Source of the DNA: an uncultured Chloroflexia bacterium
Lineage (GTDB): Bacteria; Chloroflexota; Limnocylindria; Limnocylindrales; CSP1-4
Direction of reading: 5' to 3'
Length of the DNA stretch: 64,000 nt
NCBI GenBank assembly: GCA_963819655.1
Contig: CAWFXA010000001.1
Span: 327,155-391,154 of the forward strand
Shown here: in pieces, positions 8,826 to 17,127 of the stretch
Layout of the letters: the number at the start of each line of letters is the position of its first letter
Numbering within the stretch: position 1 is the first letter of the stretch
The notes under the pieces: generated by a model
What the model saw: only the letters and a program-made list of their open reading frames with translations
What the model was told of the DNA's origin: nothing
Databases searched by the model: none
Translations under genes and position numbers: made by a program

Positions 8826-10030
8826 GCCTGCGTCACCTGCCGCCGGCCGTCCTTCTGGGCGGCAACGCGAACACGGTCTCGGTCGCGCGAAGCCTGGGCC
8901 GTCGTGGTGTCGACGTCACGGTCTACGGCAACGGCCACCCGCACGTCCGCTACTCGCGGTTCTGTACACGCTACGTGGACGTCGGGCGTGGACCCGACAT
9001 CGGCGATCGCTGGCTACGCCATCTGCTCGACCGGCCACGGGACGCCGTCATCCTCCCGTGCGATGACGATGCGTTGGCAATGCTGGCTCGCAGCCGGAGC
9101 GCGCTGGCCCAAGCCGGCTACAGCCCGTTCGAGGCGCGTGACGATGTCGTCCTCTCGATGCTCGACAAGGCTCGGACCTACGAGCTGGCGGCTGCCGCCG
9201 GCGTCCCGGCACCGTGGTTCCTCCGACTGACCGACGCGGCCTCGGTCGATCGAGCGATCGAGGAGATCGGGTTCCCGAGCGCACTCAAGCCGGTCAGCTC
9301 GCATGCGTTCGCGCGTGTCTACCGCGGGCGCAAGGCGTTCATCGTCAAATCGGCCGACGAGATGCGCCAGCGCAAAGCCGAGACGGCCGAGTACGGGCTC
9401 GCGATGATGGCCATCGAGATCATCCCGGGCCGGGATGACCGCCTGTGCTCCTACTACGCCTACATCGATGAGCACGGGCGGTCGCTGGTCACGCTGACGA
9501 AGCGCAAGATCCGCCAATACCCGACAGGGTTCGGGCTGGGCTCCTTCGAGATCACCGACGAGGCCCCCGATGTCGCCGCGGCCGGTGCGGCCTTCTTCGC
9601 GTCGGTCGGGATCCGTGGCCTTGCGAACGTCGAGTTCAAGCGCGACGACCGCGACGGGACCCTCCGATTGATCGAGTGCAATCACAGGTTCACGGCGTCC
9701 AATGAGCTCGTGCGCGTGGCGGGCGTCGACCTGGCGTGGCTCGCTTATGCCCGGCTGGCCGGCGTGACCCCACCGCCGCTCGATCGATACCGGCCGGGCG
9801 TGACGCTCTGGAACCCATCGCGCGACCTGCGCGGGATCGCGAGCGCGACGCGTCGGGGGCAGACGCGCGTCGACGAATGGCTGCCGGGTCTGCTGCGCCG
9901 CCACGTGCTGCCCGTGTTCCGCTGGGACGACCCGGCTCCGACCATCGCGTATCACGCATCGACCCTCGCGCGCATCCCGGCCAAGGTGGGTTTTCGGGCA
10001 GAGATCGGTCCCGCCGTCTCGGCCTCCTGA
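8822..10030 (+). CDS. ATP-grasp carboxylate-amine ligase (COG3919 / D-aspartate-ligase-like family)
   Basis: ATP-grasp core motifs (SALKPVSSHAFARVYRGRKAFIV, ANVEFKRDDRDGTLRLIECNHRF). The GTG start overlaps the upstream stop. The next gene follows 10 nt downstream. Confidence 0.8.
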   Translation: MSLRHLPPAVLLGGNANTVSVARSLGRRGVDVTVYGNGHPHVRYSRFCTRYVDVGRGPDIGDRWLRHLLDRPRDAVILPCDDDALAMLARSRSALAQAGYSPFEARDDVVLSMLDKARTYELAAAAGVPAPWFLRLTDAASVDRAIEEIGFPSALKPVSSHAFARVYRGRKAFIVKSADEMRQRKAETAEYGLAMMAIEIIPGRDDRLCSYYAYIDEHGRSLVTLTKRKIRQYPTGFGLGSFEITDEAPDVAAAGAAFFASVGIRGLANVEFKRDDRDGTLRLIECNHRFTASNELVRVAGVDLAWLAYARLAGVTPPPLDRYRPGVTLWNPSRDLRGIASATRRGQTRVDEWLPGLLRRHVLPVFRWDDPAPTIAYHASTLARIPAKVGFRAEIGPAVSAS

Positions 10031-10039
10031 GGCGTCCGG

Positions 10040-11167
10040 ATGTCCATCGCGCGGGACGCCGTGCTCCCCTCGCCGCCACGTGTGACGTTCATCCCGGGCG
10101 ATGGCATCGGGCCCGACGTGATGGGCGCGGCGCTGGCCGTGATCGAGGCGTCCGGGGCCACCATAGAGTGGGACGTGCGCCAGGCGGGTGCCGCAGCGGC
10201 CACTGACGGAGGTGAGAGCCTGCCCGACGACGTGGTCGAGGCGATCCGCGCGACGCGGGTCGCGCTGAAGGGCCCGACCGCGACAGCCACCCGCGGCGAA
10301 CGGGCCGTGAGCGTCCGCCTGCGTGCCGCGCTGGACCTCGAGCTCGGCATCCGGCCGGTGCGGAGCTGGCCAGGGGTCGTCGGGGCGGTCAACTCGGTGA
10401 CGTCGTCGAACCTCGACATCATGCTCATCCGGATGCTCGGGGAGGACCTGTACGCCGGCCTCGAGTTCGAAGCTGACGATCCGGCCGCCGTCGATCTCCG
10501 CCGGCTCTGGGCGTCCCGTGGTCGAGCCCTCCCAAAGGACACGGCCTTCTCATTGAAGGTGTTGTCGGACCGGGCGATCGAGCGGTTCGCCCGAGCCGCC
10601 CTGACGCAGGCGCGGATCCATGGCCGGCGGCGCATCACGATCGTCCACAAGGCGACCGTCATGCGGGCGACCGACGGTCGGTTCCGATCGATCGTGGAGG
10701 AGGTGGCGCGCAAGGTCGGGGGGTTCGAGGTCGACGACCGTCTCGTCGACACGGTCTGCCTCGACCTCATCCGTCACCCGGAGCGCTTCGACGTGCTGCT
10801 CGCGCCGGTGATGTACGGCGACATCCTGTCGGACGTGATCGCCGGGCTCGCCGGCGGGCTCGGCCTGGCGCCGGGCGCCAACATCGGGCGGCACGCCGCC
10901 GTCTTCGAGCCGGTCCACGGGACCGCGCCATCGCTCGCCGGACTCGACCGAGCCGACCCCATCGCGGCGATCCTGACGGGCGCCATGCTGCTACGACACC
11001 TCGACCTGCCGGTCGAGGCACAGCGGATCGAGACCGCGGTCCGCTGCACCCTGACGACCGGCAGCGTGCTGACCTATGACCTGGCAGGCGTCCCGCGCGA
11101 CCACGAACGCGCTGCGAGCACCCATGCCATGACCGACGCCGTGATCGCTGCGCTGCCTCCGGGGTGA
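10040..11167 (+). CDS. Isocitrate/isopropylmalate dehydrogenase family beta-decarboxylating dehydrogenase (tartrate/homoisocitrate DH-like)
   Basis: Family signature around MYGDILSDVIAGLAGGLGLAPGANIG, and N-terminal VTFIPGDGIGPDV. The stop overlaps the next gene's GTG (GTGA). Confidence 0.85.
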   Translation: MSIARDAVLPSPPRVTFIPGDGIGPDVMGAALAVIEASGATIEWDVRQAGAAAATDGGESLPDDVVEAIRATRVALKGPTATATRGERAVSVRLRAALDLELGIRPVRSWPGVVGAVNSVTSSNLDIMLIRMLGEDLYAGLEFEADDPAAVDLRRLWASRGRALPKDTAFSLKVLSDRAIERFARAALTQARIHGRRRITIVHKATVMRATDGRFRSIVEEVARKVGGFEVDDRLVDTVCLDLIRHPERFDVLLAPVMYGDILSDVIAGLAGGLGLAPGANIGRHAAVFEPVHGTAPSLAGLDRADPIAAILTGAMLLRHLDLPVEAQRIETAVRCTLTTGSVLTYDLAGVPRDHERAASTHAMTDAVIAALPPG

Positions 11168-13866
11168 ACGACGGGTCGGTCCCCGAGGTCGATGGCGACG
11201 CCACGCGCGAGAGTGCTGCGCACGTCCGCGGCTCCACATTGCTGGTCGTCGGCCGGTTCGTGTCGCTCGGGATCAACTTCGCGACCCAGGTCCTCATCGC
11301 CCGTCACCTCGGCCAGACCGAGTTCGGAGCGTTCGCGCTGGCATTCGCGATCGCGGGCCTCTGCCAGGTGCTCATCACGCTCGGGCTGCATCGGGGTGTT
11401 ACGCGCTTCCTGACCGCCGACCTCGAGCGTGGCGACCACCCGCGGTTCGTCGGGACGATCGTGCTCAACGTCGCCGTCATCGTCGTCCTGGGGGCGATCC
11501 TCGTCGGCCTTGTAGCTGTCGCCCAGCAGGGCCTGACCGCTGCCGGCATCCTGCAGCCTGCCGCGACGGGCCTGCTCCTGATCCTGGTGCTGCTGGCCCC
11601 GATCGACGCCCTCGACGATCTGCTGATCTCGCTGTACGCGATCTTCGACAGCCCACGCTCGATCTTCGTCAGGCGTTACATCCTCGGGCCGGCGTTGCGG
11701 CTCGGCGTGGCTGTGGCCGTGGTCCTCGCGAGCGGCGGGGCGATCGAGCTCGCGGTCGGCTACGTCGCAGCCAGCCTGTTCGGTCTGGCGCTCTACGGCG
11801 CGCTGTTCATCCAGATGCTGATGCGGTCCGGCATCGTGAAGGCGGTGGGCGGCAGGCCGCTCGTCATCCCGGCCCGAGAGGTCATCGGCGCGTCGGTCCC
11901 GCTGCTGTCGACGGATGCCGTGTGGCTGCTCATCAACACGTTCCCGATCTTCGTCCTGACGGCGGCCAGCGGCCTGGCCGACGTCGCGGCATACCAGGTC
12001 ATCCGCCCAGCCGCCGCGCTCAATCTCCTCGTCGCGGCCAGCTTCCACGTCCTCTACCTGCCGCTGGCGACACGTCTGGCGAACCGGCGCGACATCGCTG
12101 GCTCGAACGAGCTGTACTGGCGAACGACGATCTGGGTCGCCGTCCTGACGTTCCCGATCTTCGCGGCCACGTTCGCCCTCGGGCGACCCCTGACGACCTT
12201 CGCGTTCGGGGAGCGTTACGAGGCGTCGGGAATGTACCTGAGCGTCCTCGCCGTCGGCTACATGGTCCACGCGGCGCTTGGCTTCAACGCCACGACACTG
12301 GCCGCGCACGGCTATCACCGAACGGTCGCCATCGCCAACGGGGTGACGGCGGGCATCAGCGTCGTCGCGGCGCTCGTCCTGATCCCGCCGTTCGGCGCGC
12401 TCGGTGCGGCCGTGGCGTCGACCGCGACGTTGTTCGCCCAGAACGCTCTCCTGCAGGTCGGTCTGAAACGGCGCATCGGTATCGCTCTGGTCCACCGGGA
12501 CGCCGTGCGGGTCTACGCGGTCATCGCCCTTGCCGCGGGCACCCTCTTCGCGATCGAATCGTTCGCGTCGCTCGGTCTCTGGACGCTCGCGCTTGCAGCC
12601 GTCGAGGCGGTGGGAGTCCTCTATCTCGCGCGCCACGCCATGCAGGTCACGACGATCTTCCCGGGCATCAACCCCCAGATCATCCGGCTGCTTGCATCGG
12701 CGGGTCCGGCGGGCCGGCGGTTGGCATCTGGTCTCGATCTGCTTCGCTCGATCCGGCCGGACGATGCCGCCCGACGCTTCCGTCAGGCACATCGATGGGC
12801 CGCGCAGGACGGGGTCGCGCGTGCTGCGATCTACCGGTCGATCTGGATGGAGGCAGGTCGCGCCATCGGGGCGGACGTCACGGAGGTCGCGCGCGGTACG
12901 TTCGAGCTCCGCGCGGGCCCGCGCCGAGCGATCGTCACCGACCACCTCCTGCGCCTCGACTCGGATGCTGCCCTCGGCCGCGCGATCGACAAGCCGGCCG
13001 TCAGCCGGATGCTCCGGGCAGAGGGCCTCCCGGCCCCCGCCCATCTGGCGTTCTCGTTCGCCGATTTCGGCGCGGCCGTCGCGTTCCTCGCGGCGGCTCC
13101 CGGGCCGTGCGTGGTCAAGCCGGCGCACGGCCGCACGGGGTCTGGCGTCACGACCAACGTCCGGACGCCCGAGGACCTGCTTCGTGCCGTCGTTCGGGCC
13201 GGCGCCGACAGTGACGATCTGCTCATCGAGCACCAGCTCGACGGTGCGGTCTACCGGCTGCTCTTCCTCGACGGGCAGCTCCTGGATGTCCTCGAACGGA
13301 GGCCACCCGGCGCCGTCGGTGATGGACGATCGAGGATCGGCTCGCTGATCGCGGCGGAGAACGAGCGTCGGCTGGGGGCCGCTGGTCGCGTCGGCCTGTC
13401 GTTGCTCAAGGTGGATCTGGATTGCCTGCTGACGCTGGCCGGAGCCGGTATGGACCTGCGCTCCGTGCCGCCGGCGGGCACGGTCGTCGTGGTCAAGACC
13501 GCGACGAACCAGAACGGGGCGCTCGAGAATCGCTCCGTCCTCCACGCCGTGGGCGCCGATCTGGTCGAGGAATCACGGCGGGCGGTCGAGCTCGTCGGGC
13601 TCAGGCTCGCAGGGGTGGACGTCGTGACGCTGGATCCCGTAGCTCCGCTGGCTGGCAGCGGCGGTGCGATCCTCGAGGTGAACGGCTCGCCGGGCATCCA
13701 CTACCACTACCTGGTCCACCCCGACAGCCCCCGCCGGCCCGTGGCGATCCCGATCATCGAGGCACTGCTCGACCTTGGGCCGGGTCCGTCGGTCGCACGT
13801 CCGGAGGTCGATCGGGCAGCCACGGGTTCCGCGTCGCGCACGCGCGAGCCGGGCACGGCCTCGTAG
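11164..13866 (+). CDS. Fusion protein: N-terminal Wzx/MOP-superfamily polysaccharide/oligosaccharide flippase-like membrane domain (~500 aa, ~12-14 TM) plus C-terminal cyanophycin-synthetase-N-domain-like ATP-grasp domain (~350 aa)
   Basis: The N-terminal half is multi-TM with PST/MOP-like features (VVGRFVSLGINFATQVLIARHLG...). The C-terminal half carries ATP-grasp motifs (CVVKPAHGRTGSGVT, ILEVNGSPGIHYHY) and a CphA-N-like arrangement. Confidence 0.8.
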   Translation: MNDGSVPEVDGDATRESAAHVRGSTLLVVGRFVSLGINFATQVLIARHLGQTEFGAFALAFAIAGLCQVLITLGLHRGVTRFLTADLERGDHPRFVGTIVLNVAVIVVLGAILVGLVAVAQQGLTAAGILQPAATGLLLILVLLAPIDALDDLLISLYAIFDSPRSIFVRRYILGPALRLGVAVAVVLASGGAIELAVGYVAASLFGLALYGALFIQMLMRSGIVKAVGGRPLVIPAREVIGASVPLLSTDAVWLLINTFPIFVLTAASGLADVAAYQVIRPAAALNLLVAASFHVLYLPLATRLANRRDIAGSNELYWRTTIWVAVLTFPIFAATFALGRPLTTFAFGERYEASGMYLSVLAVGYMVHAALGFNATTLAAHGYHRTVAIANGVTAGISVVAALVLIPPFGALGAAVASTATLFAQNALLQVGLKRRIGIALVHRDAVRVYAVIALAAGTLFAIESFASLGLWTLALAAVEAVGVLYLARHAMQVTTIFPGINPQIIRLLASAGPAGRRLASGLDLLRSIRPDDAARRFRQAHRWAAQDGVARAAIYRSIWMEAGRAIGADVTEVARGTFELRAGPRRAIVTDHLLRLDSDAALGRAIDKPAVSRMLRAEGLPAPAHLAFSFADFGAAVAFLAAAPGPCVVKPAHGRTGSGVTTNVRTPEDLLRAVVRAGADSDDLLIEHQLDGAVYRLLFLDGQLLDVLERRPPGAVGDGRSRIGSLIAAENERRLGAAGRVGLSLLKVDLDCLLTLAGAGMDLRSVPPAGTVVVVKTATNQNGALENRSVLHAVGADLVEESRRAVELVGLRLAGVDVVTLDPVAPLAGSGGAILEVNGSPGIHYHYLVHPDSPRRPVAIPIIEALLDLGPGPSVARPEVDRAATGSASRTREPGTAS

Positions 13867-13977
13867 CCGTGGTCGACCCTGAAGGCGTTTTGACACGCTC
13901 TCTGTGCACCCGGACACGTCACGGTCTTTCTCGAGACGGTAGGGTGGTGTCCCCGACCCAGTGTGAGAAGGAGTCCC

Positions 13978-14409
13978 ATGTCTCGCCTGACCCGTTGGCT
14001 CGCGCCGACAACGACAGCCCGCGCCCATTGCGACCTCCCCTGCGGCGTCTACGACCCCGAGCAGGCGCGCATCGAGGCCGAGTCCTGCCACAGGATCAAC
14101 GAGAAGTACGCCGCCAACCAGGATGCCACCTTCCGGACCCGCGCGGTGGCGATCAAGGAGAACCGGGCCGACCTGGTCAAGCACCACCTCGACGTCCTGT
14201 GGCACGACTATTTCAAGCCGGAGCACCTGGAGGCCGTGCCGAACCTGCACGAGCTGTTCTGGAACGCGACCAAGCAGGTGTCGAAGGTCAAGGCATCGAC
14301 CGACGCCGCCGACTCGAAGGCGCTGCTCGACATGATCGACGAGATCGACGCCGCGTGGAAGAAGACCGGCGGCGAAGAGAAGACCCGCGTCGCGGGCCGG
14401 CCTTCCTGA
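13978..14409 (+). CDS. sodN: Nickel superoxide dismutase precursor
   Basis: The Ni-hook HCDLPCGVYDP sits immediately after a 16-aa propeptide MSRLTRWLAPTTTARA. Strong RBS GAAGGAG 7 nt upstream of the ATG. A possible TTGACA -35 hexamer lies ~85 nt upstream. Confidence 0.9.
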   Translation: MSRLTRWLAPTTTARAHCDLPCGVYDPEQARIEAESCHRINEKYAANQDATFRTRAVAIKENRADLVKHHLDVLWHDYFKPEHLEAVPNLHELFWNATKQVSKVKASTDAADSKALLDMIDEIDAAWKKTGGEEKTRVAGRPS

Positions 14410-14420
14410 TCTCCACCGAG

Positions 14421-14909
14421 ATGCGAATCCCGAGGCCCCGCCGGTCGGCGGGGCCTCGTCGTACCGAGTCGCTCCGGCATCGGCTGCGCGGTCCGTGGCG
14501 GATCGCGGTCATGCAGGCGAGCATGGAGCCCGCGATCCGCGAGGGCGACTGGCTGCTGGTCGACCCCACCACGACGCGCTGGCCCCGGCGTGGCTCGGTC
14601 GTGGCATTTCACGAACCCGACGGCGGCGTGTTGTCGATCAAGCGCGTGGCCGGCACGCCCGGCGATCGGGTGCCGTTCCGCGACGGCTACATCGAGTTGG
14701 CCGACGACGAGGCCTGGCTCGTATCGGACGCGGACGCAGCGGTTGCCGCCGAGGCGGGCCTCGGCGAGCCGGTCGACTCCAACCGCTATGGACCGGTGCC
14801 GGTCGCGCTCCTCGTGGGCAGGGTCTGGTTCCGCTACGGCCCGCTGCGCCGAATCGGGCGGCCCGGACCTTCGAGCCGTGGACGAACCGGACCTCAGACG
14901 GTACGGTGA
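14421..14909 (+). CDS. sodX: NiSOD maturation protease SodX (S26 signal-peptidase-like)
   Basis: Begins 11 nt after the sodN stop. S26 motifs SMEPAIREGD (catalytic Ser), GSVVAF and SIKRVAGTPGDRV. Confidence 0.8.
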   Translation: MRIPRPRRSAGPRRTESLRHRLRGPWRIAVMQASMEPAIREGDWLLVDPTTTRWPRRGSVVAFHEPDGGVLSIKRVAGTPGDRVPFRDGYIELADDEAWLVSDADAAVAAEAGLGEPVDSNRYGPVPVALLVGRVWFRYGPLRRIGRPGPSSRGRTGPQTVR

Positions 14910-14946
14910 CATCTCCCGATCCGACCCTTGGAAGGAACCATTTGCC

Positions 14947-15663
14947 GTGACTTCGACGCGCTCTCGCCGGCTGGCCTTCGCGCTCTGCAGCGCAGTCCTG
15001 ACATTCAGTCTCGCTTCGTGCGGCGGCACGCCAACGGCTGCCACGTCGGCGCCGACCTCGGCAGCTACCGCGAGCCTCGCGCCGTCCGCTGGAACCGCGA
15101 GCCCATCAGCCGCAGCGTCGGCATCGGCCTCGGCCGGAGCGAGCCTCGCCACGACCGGACGCATCGAGGTCCCCGAGCACGGCTTCGCGATCACGCTGCC
15201 GGCAGGCTGGACCAGGATCGATCTCCAGGCGGGTGATCTCGAGCAGATCATGGCCGCCGCGGGGGCCGACAACCCCGAGATGGCCGAGCTTTACTCCGCG
15301 CAGATCCAGACCATGCTCGCGAGTGGTCTCGTGATCTTCGCCTTCGGACCGGATATCACGACCGGGACCAATCTCAACGTCTTGTCGCTTCCGAGCATGG
15401 GCATGAACCTGGACCTGCTCGAGCAAGCCAACCTGGCTCAACTCAAGACGCTAGCCGAGGGTGAGGTCTCGACCGAGCGGGTCACCCTCCCGGCCGGCGA
15501 GGCCCTCCACCTCCGCTACAGCATCAAGTCCGCGAACCAGCCCGCGCCGCCCACGATCGATCAGTACCTCGTACTCATGGGCGACCGGCAGCTGATGGTC
15601 AGCGTGACCAACGCCAGTGCCGCCGATGCGGCCGCGATCGCGGGGTCGCTCGAGACGCTCTAG
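14947..15663 (+). CDS. Lipoprotein of unknown function (Ala/Ser-rich linker, C-terminal globular domain)
   Basis: GTG start. Lipobox FSLASC after a hydrophobic leader. Low-complexity ATSAPTSAATASLAPSAGTASPSAAASASA linker. Confidence 0.55.
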   Translation: MTSTRSRRLAFALCSAVLTFSLASCGGTPTAATSAPTSAATASLAPSAGTASPSAAASASASAGASLATTGRIEVPEHGFAITLPAGWTRIDLQAGDLEQIMAAAGADNPEMAELYSAQIQTMLASGLVIFAFGPDITTGTNLNVLSLPSMGMNLDLLEQANLAQLKTLAEGEVSTERVTLPAGEALHLRYSIKSANQPAPPTIDQYLVLMGDRQLMVSVTNASAADAAAIAGSLETL

Positions 15664-15974
15664 CGCGACCGCCGCCTCCGTCGACTGGCTGATTCCCGCT
15701 GCGCGCTGGTTGGTTCAGGAGAAGCACGGCCGGTGAGTGGGCGGGGCGGCGGTCGGCGGACGGCGGGCGGCGAGGAACCATGAAGTACGCGCATTGGACC
15801 AACCTTAAGTCCGGTCCAGCGGCCGCCACGGGACTCCGACCGTGCACACCCGCATGGCCGAGCGTGCGATCCGTCGTGTCGTCGAGTATCTCGTCCGCGC
15901 AAACCGATTCTCTGCCTCGGAGGACGACATTAGGTTGCGCTGACGCGCATCGTTCATGGCCGCGCTGCGCCGGG

Positions 15975-16078
15975 GTCGCCGAGTCGCGCCGCGATGCGCA
16001 GGCCGCGCGGAGTCGCGGCCGGTCGCGCCGAGTCGCGCCGAGTCCCGCCGAGTCGCATCGCCCGCGCGCGCCGAGCCG
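15975..16078. repeat. Degenerate tandem array of a ~10-bp unit CGCCGAGTCG (three perfect adjacent copies at 16026-16055 plus diverged copies) inside a 450-bp gene-free gap
   Basis: Direct reading: cgccgagtcg cgccgagtcc cgccgagtcg ca, preceded by gtcgccgagtcgcg and cgcggagtcgcgg. Confidence 0.6.
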
Positions 16079-16115
16079 CACCCAGTCGCTGCCACTCTTC
16101 GGTGACTCGGGCCGG

Positions 16116-17027
16116 TCAGGCGCCGGCGATCGCCGCCGCGCCTGTCGACAGGTTGATCCCCGCGGCGCGGCAGTCCTCGGCGAAAGCCGCCTGGGCGTCG
16201 AGCGTCGGTGACCAGCGCGTCGGGAAGGCGATGAGCCGGTCCAGTCCGATCTCGGCAAACCGCGCCAGCCGGTCGACGCGTGCTCGCCCCGCGTCCCGCA
16301 TCTGCTCGTCGCGCTCATATAGCGAGAAACGCATCGTGGCGGGGTCGCGTCCCTCGGCCTCACAGCGCGCGCGGACGTCCCGCATCCGGTCGACGATGTC
16401 GTCGGCCTCGATGAACACGAAGTTCAGCTCGTCCGCGTAGCGGATCGCGTAGCCGGCCGTTCGCTGGCGGCCGTTTCCGCCGACGATGATCGGGATGCGC
16501 GGCTCCTGGAGGCCCTGTGGCACATTGATGGCGCCGCGGACGTGGGCGTAGCGACCCTCGTACGACGAGCGACCCGGCTGGAACATCCTCGTGATGATCT
16601 CGAGGTGGTCACCGAAGGCGCCCATGCGGTCGGCCAGCGGCGGGAACCCGTAGCCGTAGGCGACCCACTCGTCCTCCTTCCAGCCGGCACCTATGCCGAG
16701 CTCGAACCGGCCGCCGCTGATGACGTCGACGGTCGACGACAGCTTGGCGGTGAGCGCCGGGTTCCGGAAGCCCGTGCACACGACCATGTGACCGAGGCGG
16801 ACGCGCTCGGTCACCATCGCGAGGGCGGCAAGTACGGAGAAGGACTCGAACGTGATCTCGTCGGTCGGTACGGGCACGGTGTGGAAGTGGTCGAACACCC
16901 ACAGCGACTCGAAGCCGAGCTCCTCGGCCTGACGCGCGAGCTCGACGGTCCGCGCCCACGCATCGGCCGGCGGCCAGCCGTCGTAGTCGCCTTTCCAACC
17001 TTGTGGTGCCATCAAACCGACCTGCAT
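16116..17027 (-). CDS. LLM-class F420-dependent oxidoreductase (luciferase-like monooxygenase fold)
   Basis: Bacterial-luciferase-like TIM barrel. Motifs FESLWVFDHF and GGRFELGIGAGW. Confidence 0.85.
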   Translation of the reverse strand: MQVGLMAPQGWKGDYDGWPPADAWARTVELARQAEELGFESLWVFDHFHTVPVPTDEITFESFSVLAALAMVTERVRLGHMVVCTGFRNPALTAKLSSTVDVISGGRFELGIGAGWKEDEWVAYGYGFPPLADRMGAFGDHLEIITRMFQPGRSSYEGRYAHVRGAINVPQGLQEPRIPIIVGGNGRQRTAGYAIRYADELNFVFIEADDIVDRMRDVRARCEAEGRDPATMRFSLYERDEQMRDAGRARVDRLARFAEIGLDRLIAFPTRWSPTLDAQAAFAEDCRAAGINLSTGAAAIAGA

Positions 17028-17127
17028 CGTCGCCTCCGATCATCTGTGTGTCGTCGCAACCATTGTCACCGGTCAAGGCGATCGTCGCGTCCGCCGGGAT
17101 GCCGGCCGGCGGTCCTGCCCGGCCCCT

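Noticed and set aside
11074-13545. 823-aa minus-strand ORF antisense to the flippase::ATP-grasp gene. Other antisense ORFs over 250 aa: 1382-3385(-), 264-1010(-), 5470-6495(-), 14208-15272(-), 20595-21533(-), 22325-23335(+), 24331-25437(-), 28386-29822(-), 32041-33354(-), 35595-37319(-), 44082-46166(-).
   Set aside because: Their composition is Arg/Pro/Gly/Ala-rich and low-complexity, which is what a stop-poor frame produces at ~70% GC. They overlap well-supported genes that carry clear family motifs on the other strand or frame, and they show no domain signatures.
13422-14420. The 495-aa ORF spanning the 3' end of the fusion gene, the sodN region and sodX
   Set aside because: Only its last 162 codons (from ATG 14421) match the S26 SodX protease. 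The upstream part is an out-of-frame read-through across sodN with junk-like composition.
15854-15943. 29-codon ORF MAERAIRRVVEYLVRANRFSASEDDIRLR in the 450-bp gap
   Set aside because: Its codon usage is atypical for this genome (CGT, TAT, ATT, AGG, TTG) and it has no RBS. More likely non-coding. The region is reported instead as an unexplained gap.
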